A stretch of DNA of 64,000 nucleotides from positions 62,001-126,000 of the forward strand of contig CT868679.1 of assembly GCA_000165425.1 (NCBI GenBank), given 5' to 3'. The notes under the pieces were generated by a model that searched no databases, was not told the origin of the DNA, and saw only the letters and a program-made list of their open reading frames with translations. This DNA is from Paramecium tetraurelia (Eukaryota). A program made the position numbers and the translations under genes. Positions 40,388 to 53,100 of this stretch are shown one piece after another (positions within the stretch are counted from its first letter, which is position 1; every line of letters starts with the position of its first letter).

Positions 40388-41972
40388 ATGATAACTAATA
40401 CGAATGGCATTGCTGAATCAATATATCACTATATTTGGTTGAAGGATGATTCATTACTCAAGGAGTCTTTTCAATTGAGATTGCCAGATACAATTATATT
40501 TAAGAATGGAATGCCTTAGGTTTGGTATTTTACAAATTAATCAGGAGAAATCCTTATGAAGAAGAATGATTGTCGTAAACCTGAAAATATCATCAACCAT
40601 TTTTGCAATAATAGCAAATAAAATGGATAAGTTGTTGCATATTATATCTACAATAGCAAATACAATGTGAAAGATCCAATCAATGATCCCCATGATATCA
40701 AAAAAACTAAGCAATTTGATGTCAATGAGAAGATCTGCATCTATTATTTGACCAAAGAAACATTTCCATAATTTATTAAAAATAATAATAAATCTCCTGA
40801 GGGAATCCTCCAGAGATTTATTGATCCTATTGCGAATCATGAACAACTGATCTAAGCTATTTGGAGTCCCTCAGTTTGCATACTTTCAAAAAAGTAAAAC
40901 AACAGGGATCTCTATGATATGCAGTTTGATCCGTATGGTAAATAGTCATCCTATTAAAAACCTAGAGAGATGTGCAACATTCGATGGGTGTGAAGCATAT
41001 TCAAAGGTGATTCCATTGAGAGGCAAACAAATCTCACATGAAATTAGAAAATAGTGTTAGATGATCATTCAAAAATTGACTAATTTAAGTTATGGATAAA
41101 CAAATATATCAAGAGTCGTAATGTACTTTAAACCTGATAAACAGAACCACGTTTGGTTTCTGTATTGTTCATCTATTCGATTGCAAGGAGAACCCGATGA
41201 ATAAATAGAGCAATATAAATCTATCTGGGGGAACTCAAATATTAAGAAGAATAACACTCCAATATCTTTCAATACTAATTTCAAAAGACCACATTAAATT
41301 AAAAATGTGCTAACTGTTAATACTATGCATCCAGTTACTCTAATTAAAAATATAGAATGTGTTGAATGTGGATCACTCTGTTAAAAAGATGATCTATATC
41401 ATTTAGCTTATGAATTTATCATTAAACATTTTGAGCTGAATCCCAATTCCAATCCGATAATTAATGAAAACATTTTAGTTATTAAACCCAAATCCTTTTT
41501 TGTAAGCTAAGATCACATCAGAGACATACATTCTCATATTCCTCCACTCATTATTAAACTATACCCATAAATAACTGTAGCTTTATATGAATAGATGAAA
41601 GTTAATGATGCTTTCTTAATAAAAACGATTCTAGTTTGTGAGTCCTGCTTTCTTAAATACAGTTCATCAAACTCCACTTTGTCTGGTGCAAGCTAGAGAG
41701 TAACTAAACAAAAGAAAATGGCAGTGAGACTGAAGAGTGCCAGCATTTTATAGAGGAAACCAGAAATCAAGGAATATTTGTTTTAATAAAATTTAGATCT
41801 CATTAAATAAAAAAAAGAAGCCTTTTTTAAAACTAATAGTAATAAATAATCATTTAACAGTAACTCTTAATTCTCAACAGTCTTAAATACTCATTCAGCT
41901 TCGCATAAGTATAAGTTGTCACTCGAAAGCAATTTCGATCAAATTAGTTTTCAATTAAATACTGCTAGATGA
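40388..41972 (+). CDS. Conserved-looking hypothetical protein (possible ATP-grasp-like fold)
   Basis: LPDTIIFKNGMPQVWYFT, EGILQRFIDP, IQAIWSPSVCIL, YERCATFDG; CxxC motifs CVEC and CESC; one intron. Confidence 0.7.
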
Positions 41973-42310
41973 TATAATTATAAAATTATTATTATTATCA
42001 TTCACAATCCTCTCACTACATTCAAATATGAATTAATTAATAGTTCTTATTATTTTATATTAAAATAATTATAAATTGCCAATAAAATTGTATATTATTA
42101 TGAAATTATTCAAAATAAAAGAATTAAAAGAGTTCAATTACAAGCTTTGCATTCAATTATTTTAATTTAGTTCTTAAATTACTCATTAACATATATCTCA
42201 TATTACGTGATCAAATAATCGCTATTAATTAAATAATTGCTCTTATAAACATATTGTTAAATAGAGAAGGAAGGCTTTGAATAAATAAATATAATTATCA
42301 TCTAGCCAAC

Positions 42311-43127
42311 ATGTCAACTCATAATATTGAAGGAAAGAATTTTGTAAAATTCAATGATGAATACGTTCTTGATATTTAAGACTAATCGACAACAACTTAA
42401 TTTAAATAATGCAGCAATGCTAATTCTACGACTTCTGCTTTTACTGAAAACAATTGTAGGAGTAAACCAACTAAAACATAAAGTATTTTTGAAATATACC
42501 CAAAAGGAAGTCTCTTGACTTTAACCCCATAAATCAGTTAGAGAAGAGGTTCTCAATCTTTGGCAGACCAAACTATGAGATATGAAGATGACGTAGATAT
42601 TTTCCAAATATTAGTCATGTGTCTTAAACCTTTACGGAAAGAAATCTCAATATATCATATATTGGTATGATGTTAATATTGATCATAAATACGAGATCCT
42701 CATAAAAACTACTAAAGTTTAAATAACTATTGGAGATCTTATTTAGCTTGCGATAAGTTAATTTAATGAATAAAATGAATACTTACAAACTCCATTTTCA
42801 TCAGATGTTAATAATTAATATTTGTTTGAATTGTATATTCCAAAAAAGAAAAAAGGAACTCCAAATGAAGATTTTCCAAGTATTTATATTGTTAAACTTA
42901 AAGGCTTTGCTGATTCAACCTTGTTATCTCAATCAAATCAAACAGAGTTTGCTCTTAAGGTTTCTTTAAAATAATCAAAATATTAAACAAGCCTTTCTAA
43001 TAGCAAACACTCATCGGCAATTAAGCAAAATGAAAAATAAGTATTAGGTTAAAAAAACTCTAGTTCAAAGAAGAAGAACCTATTTCAATAGCTATTCTTT
43101 TTTTGTAATTCAGCAGAGGATTATTGA
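42311..43127 (+). CDS. Protein with Sin1/Avo1 CRIM-like (ubiquitin-fold) segment
   Basis: TIGDLIQLAISQFNE...FELYIPKKKKGTPNEDFPSFADSTLLSQSNQTEFALKV; two introns (22 and 25 nt); C-terminal LFFFC. Confidence 0.65.
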
Positions 43128-43489
43128 AATATTTTGAAGTTTAAACTGTTTAATGCTATATATATTTAACAAATAACAGAAATTCATTAATTTATTGTTT
43201 GTTCATAATGTCGTTAAATCTTTCTCTCATTGATCTATTTATTTACTTGAATCTACCTAATTGGAAATTCTCTGTGTATTGGTTCTTCTGCCGTTTGGAT
43301 TGCTTAAAATTTAGTTAATTACTTTGAGTTTAAATATAAGAGTTATAACTTGTTTTTAAGCAAGATATCAGAAATCGATTGTTTCATATTAAGTATTGAA
43401 AGTGGATAACTTAACTATAGGACAATTAAAGACTAATATTTTTTGTTAAATCAAATTAAAAAAATTTTTTTATCTTTTAATTTATCGTG

Positions 43490-43696
43490 ATGTCATAAGT
43501 GGCATGCTTCGGGAATTTTTTTTCCCCTATCCCTTCCCTGGGGCCTGAGGGACAGTGGAAGGAATAGAGAGAGCATGATGACATAGAGAGAATAGACGAT
43601 AAAACAAGGGGAAAGAGAGTGAGATTCAAAATTGAAGGAGCCCCCCCAGACCCGGTCGAGCCTAGCTGCTCGGAGGAAGATGTTGAATTGAATTGA
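43490..43696 (+). CDS. 68-aa GC-rich microprotein with RVxF motif (candidate PP1 regulator)
   Basis: MSQVACFGNFFSPIPSLGPEGQWKEQREHDDIERIDDKTRGKRVRFKIEGAPPDPVEPSCSEEDVELN*; ATG and TGA coincide with the edges of the GC-rich island. Confidence 0.7.
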
Positions 43697-44177
43697 ATCA
43701 AATTAAAACAATTCATTTATTAAAATATATACTAGGTTAATATAAGATTGAAAATAGAATTTTTATCCATCCTCAATAATTTTAATCCTCTTACATTTAC
43801 TAAGAATTAGGTATTTAATAAATATATATTCTTGAATCAGTTTAATACACACAGCAACAATTTGATCCATATTTAGCCTGTATAAACTCGATTTTTTATT
43901 CTTTAAAGTAATTAAATTGTTGAAAAAAAAATATAAATATCAATCATTTGAATATCAAAATAATTCCTTATTTTATTGATAGTACTTTAAAAATTAAATT
44001 CAGAATACTTAAATTATTATTATTATACTTATTTTATTTTATTTATTAAATTATTTCATACTGCTTTCTAATTATTTATTAAATTGATTTAATAAATGAG
44101 AGTGATGACTTATTTCATTTAATATGTATAATCTCAGTAGTTCAAATTAATATTAAATTATTTTAATAAAATAATCA

Positions 44178-47100
44178 ATGAATCAGAGCTTTAGATCACC
44201 TTAGAGAAAATTGGAGGGTATTTTGCTATTTATAACTAAAGGGCCAATAGTTAAATTAAGAATGAGAAAAATACTTGATATAAGTAAAATAAGGAAGGAG
44301 GAAGAATAATTTTAATGCATGTTAGATTCTTATGAACCAGAGTAGAGGTATCATCGAAATTTAAACAAGTGTTTCTTTTCAGGACAGAACCTTCTATAAT
44401 AGAACTTTCAGATCTACTTCCAAAAGCATTAAAAAAGTGGAGGATAGAAAAATCTCTGAGGAGTATACTTTATATGGGTTTTCTCGAATGAAAACAGAAA
44501 GGACACCCTTGATTTTGATTAGTAGGAAATCAAAAAGAATTTAGCCTGTAATTGATGCAGACAAGGATATCAGTAACTAAGAATGGTTTGAAAAATGTAA
44601 ATAAATGGACCCTCCTTAAGCCAAAGCATAATTTTATGATAAAGCTACTAAGTACAAAATAATATATAATAAAAGTTCGTACGTCTGGTATGATGTTACT
44701 GTGTTAGACTACTTCTAAGAGACTAAGAAATTCTCAGTTTAAAAATACCCAGAAGGATAAACAAAGAATGTTACTAGATTATCTATTCAGTTTTATAATT
44801 AAAATCAAGATCTTTTTAAATAAGCCCAATAAGAAAAGTATATAAAAATATTTAATATATAGAGATCAAATTAGATCTTAAAAGAAAATCGAGTTAAAGA
44901 AGATTCAAGATATTACCAATGTTAGCGATGAATATGTTAATAAACCTCCCTAACATTTGAGATTCAGATTCATGAAAAAGTTTTAATAAAATGATCGTTA
45001 AGGGTTATTATCAAAACTTTTAGAGGAAGTTAATTAAATTTATACTTTTGACATGAAAAAATGTGTATTCTATAAGGAATTGTAGAAATACAAATAAGTA
45101 TATATCCCATTGCCAAAATATTAATTTTACTATAAGTATTAGTAATAAATCGAAAATAACTAATCTTTTATGCAATAAAACACAATATAAGCTTGGTAAG
45201 TGATGAATTCGCGTTGTTAAAGGTTTAATCTAAAAATAATTGATTTAAATTAATTGTAATTGCTAATCCTCAATACTGCTTTCTTGGAATATTGTTAAAA
45301 CAATATATAAAATTACATCTATTAGGTCAATTTATAAAGAAAGTATAAGAAGTCTGAAATATAGGATGTCTTATAAAAGAAGTATAGTTTCTTAGGTAAA
45401 GATTAAAAGACCCATATATAAAGCCCTTTGCATAGGATTTTAAGAAAGCTAGATTTAATTTATGCTGATTTTCTAAACCACTTATTATAGATTAACACAG
45501 AGACTATTTTCAATATTTATAAATAATTCATACTGTAACCTAATGATACATTCTATGTCAATACATCAACATTCCTAGTGTTAGAATTGCAAGTTAAGAT
45601 ATTAAAACATGCAAAGCCTAAAAACAAAGTAATCAAACAGATGGAAAGACTGACCAAATAATCAATCAGAGAGAGAGAATAGGAGATATAAAAAGAAGAA
45701 ATAGAGTATGATGAAAAAATTACTATAAATTTATCGGAGTATGAAGTTATTGAACTCCTAACTTTTCCTTAATTTCAATTAATTGAGCAAGTGAGCAAAG
45801 TCAATAGGATGGAGGGTGATATTATGACTTTGTTATTGTTGAAAAATGAATTGGCATTAACACCATATGATGTTGAATAGCAGAAATAGTATATTAATCC
45901 AACAATAGACATAATAAAGAGTGAATATAGAAAATGTGAATAAATACTAGTTAAATTTTAGAAGTTTGAATTCATTTTAAAGAGGTTCAGATCCACTGAG
46001 GTAAATTAGCTATTAGGTATTTCAACTAAAAGAGTTCCACTGTCTTAATTAAATTTTGATGATATAGACGAGAAAATCAAATGTTTAGAATAAGCTAAAA
46101 ATGAAATTATCAATAATTCTTCTGATTCAATTAAGCTTGGATTATTCACTTTACAATTGAAAGGAATAAAATAATTCTTGGTAAACAAAGCTGAAGAATA
46201 GAAAAAACTGATTATGAGTAGGATTCATGAAGTTATACAATTCAACATAAAAAATATAGGAGAATAATATGAAGAGGTATATAAAAAAGGATCACATATT
46301 CCAGATACAGAGGAAGAATTGATAGACTTAAAATTGATGCTTGATGAAATAAATGTGAAATTTGGGAAATTACGTTTTGAAATTAGTTAGATGTAAATTT
46401 AATAATTAATTTTTTAGAATGAAGTATGTAAATATATTTGAGGAAAACTACTTTGATTTCGATAACAAAATTATTGAATCATATTATCATCTCTTATATA
46501 AGCCTAAAGATATTACTCAAATCATACATAAAAACAAAGATGTCATTTTAATTAAGGAGAAAGAGTTCTTGAAGCGTTTATAGTAGGATGAGCAAGATTT
46601 CAAAGAAATTATGTACTAAATAGCAGAACTCTTTAATTAAATCAAACAATTTAATGATTATAGTTAAATTAAGACTTACCTTCCTCAAGTTAATTAATTA
46701 AATAAGTCCTTCAATTATGCCAAAGACCAAATCAGTAGTTTTAATATTCGCTAGTAAATGCTATCGATGCAATTAACTAATTAGGCTGAATTAGACAACA
46801 TAATGGTGTAATTCAAACCATATGAAAAGTTGTGGACTTTAGTGGTATACATCTCCAGCATATGCATTAGAGCAAATTCGAGTCCCAAAGGGAAAAGTGG
46901 ATTAGTGGATCTTTCAAGTCATTGAACTATTAGGATATGATTTGGAAGTTAAATTAGTTTGCAAGTGAGATAGGATCGATGAGTTCTAATTTCGAAGAGG
47001 AGAATGAAAACTTGAAGAGTTTATTAAAAGGGTTTAGAAAAGCGTTGGATTCTTTTAAGGATATTTTATGGGTAGTTGAGGCTTTAGCGATTGAGGCATT

Positions 47101-50100
47101 TACAAGAAAGCCTTAGTTTTGGAGAGAGTTGTTTAGAGAATGCAAAATAAGTAATTTCGATCCAAAAGAGGAGTTTCCATTTTTTGTTTTGCTGAACAGA
47201 GGAATTTTGAATTTTAAAGAATAAGTAATACAAATTTCAATAAGAGCTGAAAAAGGATGGAATATTGAAAAGAGATTATAAGAGATGCATGGCAAGTTGA
47301 GTTAAGTTGTATTAGAAGTAAATCCTTATAGAGAGACATTTATATTTAAAAACTTAGATGAAATATAATTAATTTTGGATGAATAATTCAGTGTATTGAC
47401 AATACTAAAAGCATAGCCTCATATTAAGTTATCAGTTGGACAAGCTAATCAATTGGAATATAAAATATTATTGATTTAAGAGACCTTGGATTTCGGAATG
47501 AAATGTCAAAAATAATGGATGTATTTGGATCCTATCTTTACAAGTTAAGACATATAAACGAAATTAATAGAGGAGACAAAGAATTTTAAATTAGTAGATC
47601 AGGCTTTTAGAAATTGTATGAAGGAATTTAAGAAGGAACCTATCTTATGGGAATGTATTGATAGTGATAAAATGAAAGTAGATTTTAGCAATGGAGTAAT
47701 GTTGTTAGATTAAATCTAAAAGAGTTTAACTATATATTTAGAGTAGAAGAGAATTGTATTTCCAAGATTTTATTTTGTTTCAGATGAAGAACTAGTCCAA
47801 ATCCTATCTTAGACCAAAGATCCAACTCAAATACAGAATCATATTTATAAATGTTTTGAAGCTATGCATAAATTATAATTCACTTCAACCAATGCCATTA
47901 CTGGGTTTCAATCTACCTAGGAAGAGAAGATTTAACTATTCTAAGATGTGAAAGTCATGGAAGGTTCAAGGAAGGGAAATGTAGAACTGTGGTTGCTAGA
48001 TTTACAGAATGAAATGAGAACAGCTATCAAAAACTATTCCTATTAAACTTTGATCGATTTGATATCAACCAAATAGGAATTCATTTCAAAATGGCCTGCC
48101 TAGTGTATTTTATTGGCAAATTATATAAGATGGACTCGTAACACTGAATCAGCTATAAGAGGATAGTAAAAGTTAAATTTGGCAACCTTTTGTGAATAAC
48201 TAAATAAAGAGTTGCATGAAACTGTATTATTGGTAAGAAAAGAAAATAGAATAATTCCTAAAACTATTCTAGAGGCTATGGTAGTTATGGAAGTACATGC
48301 TAAAGATATAGTTTAATCTTTGTATAAACACAATGTATAAACCATCTTTGAATTTGCTTGGATTTCATAATTGCGATATTACAACGAAGAAAATAAGAAT
48401 GTTTCTGCTAGAATGATAAATGCCTCTGTTTAATATGGATTTGAATACTTAGGAAAGGTAACTAGGTTGGTGATGACATCGTTAACAGATCGATGTTAAA
48501 GGACTTTATTGGAAGCTTTACATATGAATTACGGTGGAGCACCAGAGGGTCCAGCTGGTACTGGGAAATCAGAAACTGTAAAAGACTTAGCCAAAGCTGT
48601 TGGAATGCCTTGTATTGTTTTTAATTGTTCCGATGGTCTGAATTATATTGCCATGGGTAAATTCTTTAAAGGATTGGCTTCTTCTGGATCATGGTGTTGT
48701 TTTGATGAATTCAATCGTATTGATGCTGAAGTTTTGTCTGTTGTTGCTTAGTAAATCTACACCATTTAAAAGGCTATAAAGGAGGAGAAAACCAATTTTA
48801 TTTTTGAAGGGGAGAACGTTCAATTAATTAGTACTTGTGCAATTAATGTTACAATGAATCCTGGATATGCTGGTAGAACAGAATTGCCAGACAATTTGAA
48901 AATTCTATTTCGACCTTGTGCAATGATGGTACCTGATTATGCAATGATAGCTGAAATTTATTTATATAGTATTGGTTTTCAGAAAGCAAGAGAATTAAGT
49001 AGTAAAATCGTTACATGTTTAAAGTTATGCAATGAATAATTATCTAGTTAGGAACATTATGATTTTGGTATGAGAACCTTGAAGGCTGTATTAAATTCAG
49101 CTAAATCTATGTTTAATGAAACAGAAGAGGAAATATGTTTAAATGCTTTGATCAATGTAAATAAACCAAAATTTACTGAGAGTGATCTTCAATTGTTTAT
49201 GGCTATAACCTAAGATCTATTCCCAGGCATTTAACTAGTAGAAGGAGAAGAACTATCGAATTTATATGATGGATGTTAAGAGTTGGACTTATAAATGGAC
49301 AAGGAATTCTTTGAAAAATGCATACAATTAAACAATAACATTAATGTCAGAAATGGAGTTATGTGTATTGGATAAGCCTGTACTGGAAAGACCTCAGTCC
49401 TATAAACACTCAGTAAAAGCCAAGATGCTCTCATATTAAAACTAAATCCAAAAGCCATTACAAGTGATCAACTCTATGGTAAACTAGACCCAGAAACTAA
49501 ATAGTGGGCAGATGGAGTAGCTCCAATTTTAATAAGGGATAGTATTGATAAACATTAAAAAGTGTGGATCATGTTTGATGGTCCTGTAGATTCTATTTGG
49601 ATAGAAAACTTGAACACTGTCTTGGATGACAATAAAAAGTTATGCTTGACTTCTGGTGAAATATTAAAAATACCAGATACAATGTGTATGCTATTCGAAA
49701 TAGAAGACTTGAAAGCAGCCTCTCCAGCAACAGTATCAAGATGTGGGATGGTATATTTCTTACCCATAAATTGGTATCTGATTGTTCAATCCATCTAATT
49801 ACTAAAAGGATACGATAAGGATTATACAATTAGAAGAATAAGATTGTAAGATATGATTAATATTTTATATAGTTTGCTAGATAACACAATAGCTTGGGTT
49901 AAGTCGAGACATTAAGTTTTTATAATTTATGATTCCATTAATATATTAACATGTAGTTTCCTTAAGTTGCTATCAAAGTACTTAACTGAGGATCTGGTTA
50001 CAAAAAACTATGATAATTTAATTATCTTTTGTTTAATTTGGTCATTTGGAGCAGCTATGGATGAGTAAATCAGACCTCAATTTAATCAATTTTTGAATAA

Positions 50101-53100
50101 CTTATTATAAAAAAAGGTATCTGATTTAGAAACCTAATTTCCAGCTGACCCATAGTTGGAATTATAGATTGAAATATTGGATGATTATTTTTCATATTGT
50201 TACATTGAAGGGAAATGGATTAAATGGATTGATGTATTTAATAATAATCTTATTTATAGACATAAGTTCCTTAAAAAATATAAGGTACAATGTAATTCCA
50301 TGAGATTTTTGCATAGACAGCAGATACAATTAGAAATGATTACTTTTGTTAGATAGGATTGCATTTTTTGTTTGCAGGTCCAACTGGCACTGGCAAGTCT
50401 TTATCTATGAACAAATATCAGTAGTTTTTAATTACGTGTTCTGGGCAAACCACTGCTAACAGGTTGCAAAGATTGATAGAAACTAAAATTAATAAGCGGA
50501 GAAAGAAAGGTCATTATTATGCAGAGGAAGGATAAATCAGAATATTTGTAGATGATTTAAATATGCCCTATAGAGAACCTGAAGGATCTGTTCCAGCAGT
50601 CGAACTATTGAGGTAATGGATGGAAATGAATGGGTGGTATGATTTGGATTCTAAAGAATTCAAACACATTTGTGATATAACATTCTTAGGAGCTATTCAT
50701 CCTGCAGAGAGGAATTAAATCACTTTGAGATATTTAAGATTCTTTAATCTTCTATATATTGGTGGTCTAAATCATTAAAATCTAACAACTATGTTGAATG
50801 TTTTTGGTGAATGGTTAATAATGAATTAAGTGGAAGAAATTCGAGACTTAAAAAATACACTGGTTGAAAAAACTATCAATTTATATTTGAGTGTGTCGAA
50901 ATTGCTATTACCAACTCCATAGAAATCTCATTATATATACAACTTAAGAGATATCTTTAAAATATTCGAAGGAATCAGTAGAGTGAAAGTCATAGATAAT
51001 CCGGTTCATTTATTTAAATTATGGACTCATGAATGCTTGCGAGTATTTAGTGATAGACTTATTGATGAGGAAGATCAAAATAAATTTGAATAACTAATTC
51101 AAGATACTCTTATTTAATTGAATTTAGAATCTATTGAAATAGAAAATCTCATCTTTTCATCTTGTTAAAATAAACAATATGAAGAAGTATATGATCTATC
51201 AAAATTAAGAGAAAAGTTAAATATGATTTTGGATAAGTATAATTCACTAGATTCATCAGGTAGACTTCAATTGATCTTTTTTAATATGGCTATCATTCAT
51301 ATTATAAGAATTGTTAGGATTCTATCTAATGTTTATGGACACGTTTTAATGATAGGTATGGGTGGAACAGGTAGATCTTCATTGAGTAAGATAGCTAATT
51401 TTATTGTATTTAATAAATCCCTGAAAACAATAGACTCTAGATCTTGGAACGAATAGTTATTGATTTAATTAAAAGAAACAGGATTAGAGAATGAATAAAA
51501 CACAATATTATTTAATGATTCTTAATTTTAATCAGAGTACATGTTAGAAGATGTATGTAATTTAATGAGTCATGGTGAAGTGTCTCATTTATTTCCCCCT
51601 GAGGAAAGAATTAAGATTTAGGAGACTGCAACTTATAGTTAGTTTGTTAAAAGTTGCAAATTAAATATACATGTTATTTTGTGTATGTAACCTGTAGGTG
51701 CTCTGTACAGAAAACGTTTAAGAACATTTCCAACAATTATTAATTGTACAACTATCGATTGGTTTTCGACTTGGCCTGAAGATGCTTTAGAGTCAACTGC
51801 TTAATAGTTCTTACCAAAACAATTGGTTAAGATGGGTGTTGAGGTTCATTATAAAATTCTGTAGATTACTGAAAGATTCAAATAAGAATTAAGAAGATAT
51901 TTTTATGTGACACCTACATAATATTTATAAATGCTTTAAACATTTTAAATCATTTAGGAACAGAAGATGGGATAATCTTAAGTATTTATTGAGAAGTTTG
52001 AGAATGGGGTCGAATAAATTAAAAAAGCAGAAAATGATGTTGATAGAATTAAAGCTAAGTTGTTTGAATTGCAACCAAAATTACAAAAATCTAATGAAGA
52101 GAATAATTAATTACTTATAAAAATTCAAAAACGATAGGAAGAGGCTGATAAGAAGAAGCAAGCATGTGAATTTGAAGAAAAGATTTGTTAGCAATAAAGT
52201 GACGAAGCAAATGAATTGAGAAATAGTTGCTAATAAGCTTTGGATAATGTGTTACCTTTATTGGCTTAGGCTACTGAAGCTTTGGAGAGAATTACTAAAG
52301 ATGATATGATATTATTGAAATCATTTACTAATCCACCAGTGTCAGCTGCCATCGTTATGGAAGGATTAGCCTATGCATTTGAAGAAGATCATTTAGTCAA
52401 AAGCAAGAATAAAGAGCCTCCAGTCTTACAGGATTATTGGGATTACGCTAAGAAGTGTTTACTGAATGACAAATTAATTAAGAGAATCAAAGGATTAAAG
52501 TTAGAGTAGATTCGATAAATCTCATTTAAGAACATATAAAAATTATAAGTGTTTGTGAAAAATCCTTTGTTTGAGAAGGATAGAGTATTCAACGCATCAA
52601 AGGCAGCAGGCAATTTGGCACTTTGGATAAGAGCTGTACTGGAATCCTATATGGCAGTTGAAATAATTGAACCAAAGAAGGCAGAGTTAAAGCAGGCAGA
52701 AGAAAAGTTGCAATAAGCTGAGGAACTCGTTCAAGAAAAGAAAAATGCTTTGGAAGTTGTTTTAGAAGAGTTGCACAGTTATTAGTTAGAATATAATAGA
52801 GCAAAGGCAGAGAAGGAAAGAATAGAAGAGTAGGTCATTACTATCAGTTCTTAATTGTAGAGAGCAGAACAATTAATTGCTAATTTAAGTGAAGAAAAAT
52901 CCAGATGGAATTTAAAAGCATAACAATACAAGGAAAACTAAAAGAATATTATAGGGGATTGTATGCTTAACTCAGCTATTATTGCCTATTTAGGTGTGTT
53001 CCCAATTCAATATAGAGAAATTTGTTTAGAATTCTGGAAATCAAAATTGTAGGAATACGATGTCTAAATCTCAAGCAATTATTCATTATAAAATCAATTG

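Noticed and set aside
43477..43716. 79-aa minus-strand ORF over the GC-rich island
   Set aside because: Antisense shadow of the plus-strand microprotein; its TAA is not a stop in this code, and the plus ORF matches the island edges and has a recognisable motif
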